Shown piece after piece: positions 62,231-64,000 of a DNA stretch of 64,000 nt (positions are counted from its first letter, which is position 1; each line of letters begins with the position of its first letter). The position numbers were made by a program, and so were the translations under genes. The notes under the pieces were generated by a model. That model saw only the letters and a program-made list of their open reading frames with translations. It did not search any database and was not told the origin of the DNA. The stretch lies in the NCBI GenBank assembly GCA_937965695.1, contig CALCKW010000027.1, positions 8,150-72,149 on the forward strand, written 5' to 3'. This DNA is from an uncultured Granulosicoccaceae bacterium (GTDB lineage: Bacteria > Pseudomonadota > Gammaproteobacteria > CALCKW01).

Positions 62231-63508
62231 TCAGCGTACATTGAGATCAACCCCCTGCAACAAATGGCTGGCCCACTGCTGATCAGGTAGACCTTGCAGC
62301 CCCTTCCAAAACACATTGAAGTCTCCCCCATGCCTCGGCAATTCAACACCGTCAGCCGTCCAAACAACCCAGGCTGCGGAATCGGCGTGGTCGACAGCAC
62401 GCAGTCGGCCCATACGAGTTTCACGATATTCACCATGATGCCATCGACTGGATTGGGGCCTTAGCTGTAATTCACTGTGAGCCGCTGTCACTGAGACCGC
62501 AGTAATCCAACCGGGCTCGGCAGAGATCGCGGCTAAGCTCGAGCGGTCCGATTGCTGCTGAATTTTTGTCAGAAATCGATCCTCAGCGGTGCATTTATAC
62601 AACAGCGACACTCCACGCATAGCGCTTGAGCTGCCACCTAATGGTCGAATAGCCGGTGCAAAATCTCCATCAAATTGAGGCCATTGCACACCACCGGTTT
62701 CATCGCGAACCTGCGCTCGTGCTCGTTGAAACCAACACCAGGCGTTGTCTTGTTCAGCTGCCATCTGTGCATTAAACAGTGCACGTGTAAAAACGCTACC
62801 GGATTCGTCAATATCTGCCAGCTCACCGTCAGCCGCTGCGGACAGCAACAATACACCAGGTTGAGACAATTCATCGAGCGAGTTAGCGGATGTAGTCGTC
62901 GACTCGCTGCGAAGCCAAGACGGCATTTGAATAAACTTACCCACTCTAGTTATTGCTTCACCGATATCATCTGACAGAGATTTGCTTATGGTGCCGCTAT
63001 GACAGGTGTCAGCGATGATGACTTTTCGATGATTTGGTAAAGCCGCTAGCATTTCTGCCAATTGGTCATCCAACAATGCACCACTCACTTCTACATCTTC
63101 GCCAGCCTTACCGATAGAAAAATCTGCCAACGCCATCGCCTCATCACGGCCATCCATTTCGTCCCCATTTTGATCATCCAACTGCAAACCGTGCGTAGAT
63201 AGATACAAATAAAAAATATCTTCCGGTTGCAGCTCATCGACAAATTGACGCATCCGCAATACCACCGCATCAAGCGTTGCCTGCTCGTTATAAAGCTGAG
63301 TGATATCTCTTTCACTGACACCCAGCCGGAGCATGATTTCTTTAGCCTTTTTCAAATCTTGATCAACGCCAAGAATATCCAATTGCTGATCTTGGTAATC
63401 ACCGACCCCTACAAGCAAAGCCACAGAGCGCGCCTCAGCGATTCCAGTCCAGAGGCCAAGCGCTGCAAAAGCCATAAAAAACTGCCAAACGATTGATTTA
63501 TGCAGCAA
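62231..63508 (-). CDS. Exported metacaspase-like peptidase C14
   Basis: TTG start at 63508 with AGGAG RBS, signal peptide ending IAEA, ALLVGVGDY, YLSTHG, DQNGDEMDGRDE, DTCHSG. Confidence 0.87.
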   Translation of the reverse strand: MLHKSIVWQFFMAFAALGLWTGIAEARSVALLVGVGDYQDQQLDILGVDQDLKKAKEIMLRLGVSERDITQLYNEQATLDAVVLRMRQFVDELQPEDIFYLYLSTHGLQLDDQNGDEMDGRDEAMALADFSIGKAGEDVEVSGALLDDQLAEMLAALPNHRKVIIADTCHSGTISKSLSDDIGEAITRVGKFIQMPSWLRSESTTTSANSLDELSQPGVLLLSAAADGELADIDESGSVFTRALFNAQMAAEQDNAWCWFQRARAQVRDETGGVQWPQFDGDFAPAIRPLGGSSSAMRGVSLLYKCTAEDRFLTKIQQQSDRSSLAAISAEPGWITAVSVTAAHSELQLRPQSSRWHHGEYRETRMGRLRAVDHADSAAWVVWTADGVELPRHGGDFNVFWKGLQGLPDQQWASHLLQGVDLNVR

Positions 63509-63608
63509 CGTGACGCTCCTCTCTCCAAATGGGTATCCACACCAACAGTGTAACGAACCTAGCAACAGCTTTTGCGATGCCGTTGACCAACTCAGGAGAT
63601 TGAACCAG

Positions 63609-63775
63609 TAAAGAGCCTCAGATTTAATGCGGTCAGTGACGTCGGCGTGTAAAATTTGGACCCAGCGAGGCTCGAATCGACGGCAATATTGATGCTATCG
63701 GCTAGATTTGCAACGCAGCTGGGCCGAATTTAGCGCGTCGACGGGGCGAGCATGACTTGATCTGAGATTTCCTAG
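63609..63775 (+). mobile_element. MITE-like dispersed repeat, copy 3 (about 167 bp)
   Basis: Colinear with 5759-5921. Right end ttgatctgagatttcctag overlaps the TAG stop of the upstream minus-strand ORF. Confidence 0.75.
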
Positions 63776-64000
63776 TAATGAATGAGCGATTCAGACAACA
63801 ACTGAACGGATGGCTGAGAGACCGCATTTGCACTATCCATCAGCTGTATCAAGTCTCCAAACTGGGGCGCATTTCCGGTGGCTGGCTTTATTTTTTCACA
63901 AGACGGATCACTTGCTGGTACATCGGCTAATAGTTTCAACAAGGATTCAGCAGAAGCATTTTCTGGCAGAGCAACAAGATGAAAGGTCTCCACCCCTGCG
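63772..64000 (-). CDS. Hypothetical protein, 5' part outside the window
   Basis: Frame is open from the window edge (..AGVETFHLV..) to the stop at 63772. Same strand as the caspase genes. Confidence 0.6.
   Translation of the reverse strand, partial: AGVETFHLVALPENASAESLLKLLADVPASDPSCEKIKPATGNAPQFGDLIQLMDSANAVSQPSVQLLSESLIHY

Noticed and set aside
62146-62436. Apparent 206-bp overlap between two caspase genes
   Set aside because: It disappears when the downstream gene is started at its signal peptide (62145 or 62154).
54481-63508. Reading the caspase cluster as a gasdermin, CBASS or CRISPR-linked suicide defence system
   Set aside because: No gasdermin, cyclase, NLR-like ATPase or Cas gene is in the window, and the proteases appear exported. 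A partner beyond the right edge cannot be excluded.

Overview
64 kb of chromosomal DNA from a bacterium, most likely a marine gammaproteobacterium. This is inferred from the gene order prfB-lysS, purB-roxA-GNAT, yciO-scpA-scpB, yciB-yciI and fimT-pilVWX-pilY1-pilE, plus an NhaD antiporter. No database searches were run; calls rest on motifs recognised in the translations. Most of the window is housekeeping: an alphaproteobacterial/Xanthomonas-type sdhCDAB with its DUF1674 assembly factor and ygfZ, rraA, lysS, prfB with the programmed +1 frameshift, purB, scpAB, acyl-CoA metabolism genes and a type IV minor-pilin operon. A c-di-GMP signalling cluster sits at the left end. The main candidate for an undescribed system is the right-end locus (54.5-64 kb, minus strand). 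It holds four signal-peptide-bearing caspase-fold (peptidase C14) genes with intact His/Cys dyads, an atypical ECF-like sigma factor, a membrane-anchored anti-sigma-like protein and an OmpA-domain protein. Several of these share a short [T/V/S/M]-[R/K]-[G/S]-hydrophobic motif that could be a cleavage site, suggesting an exported proteolytic cascade coupled to transcription. Other notable items are a PRMT-like methyltransferase next to that locus, a histone-H1-like protein with amphipathic-helix repeats directly behind scpAB, and three copies of a small MITE-like element. No tRNA, rRNA, CRISPR array or transposase was seen.
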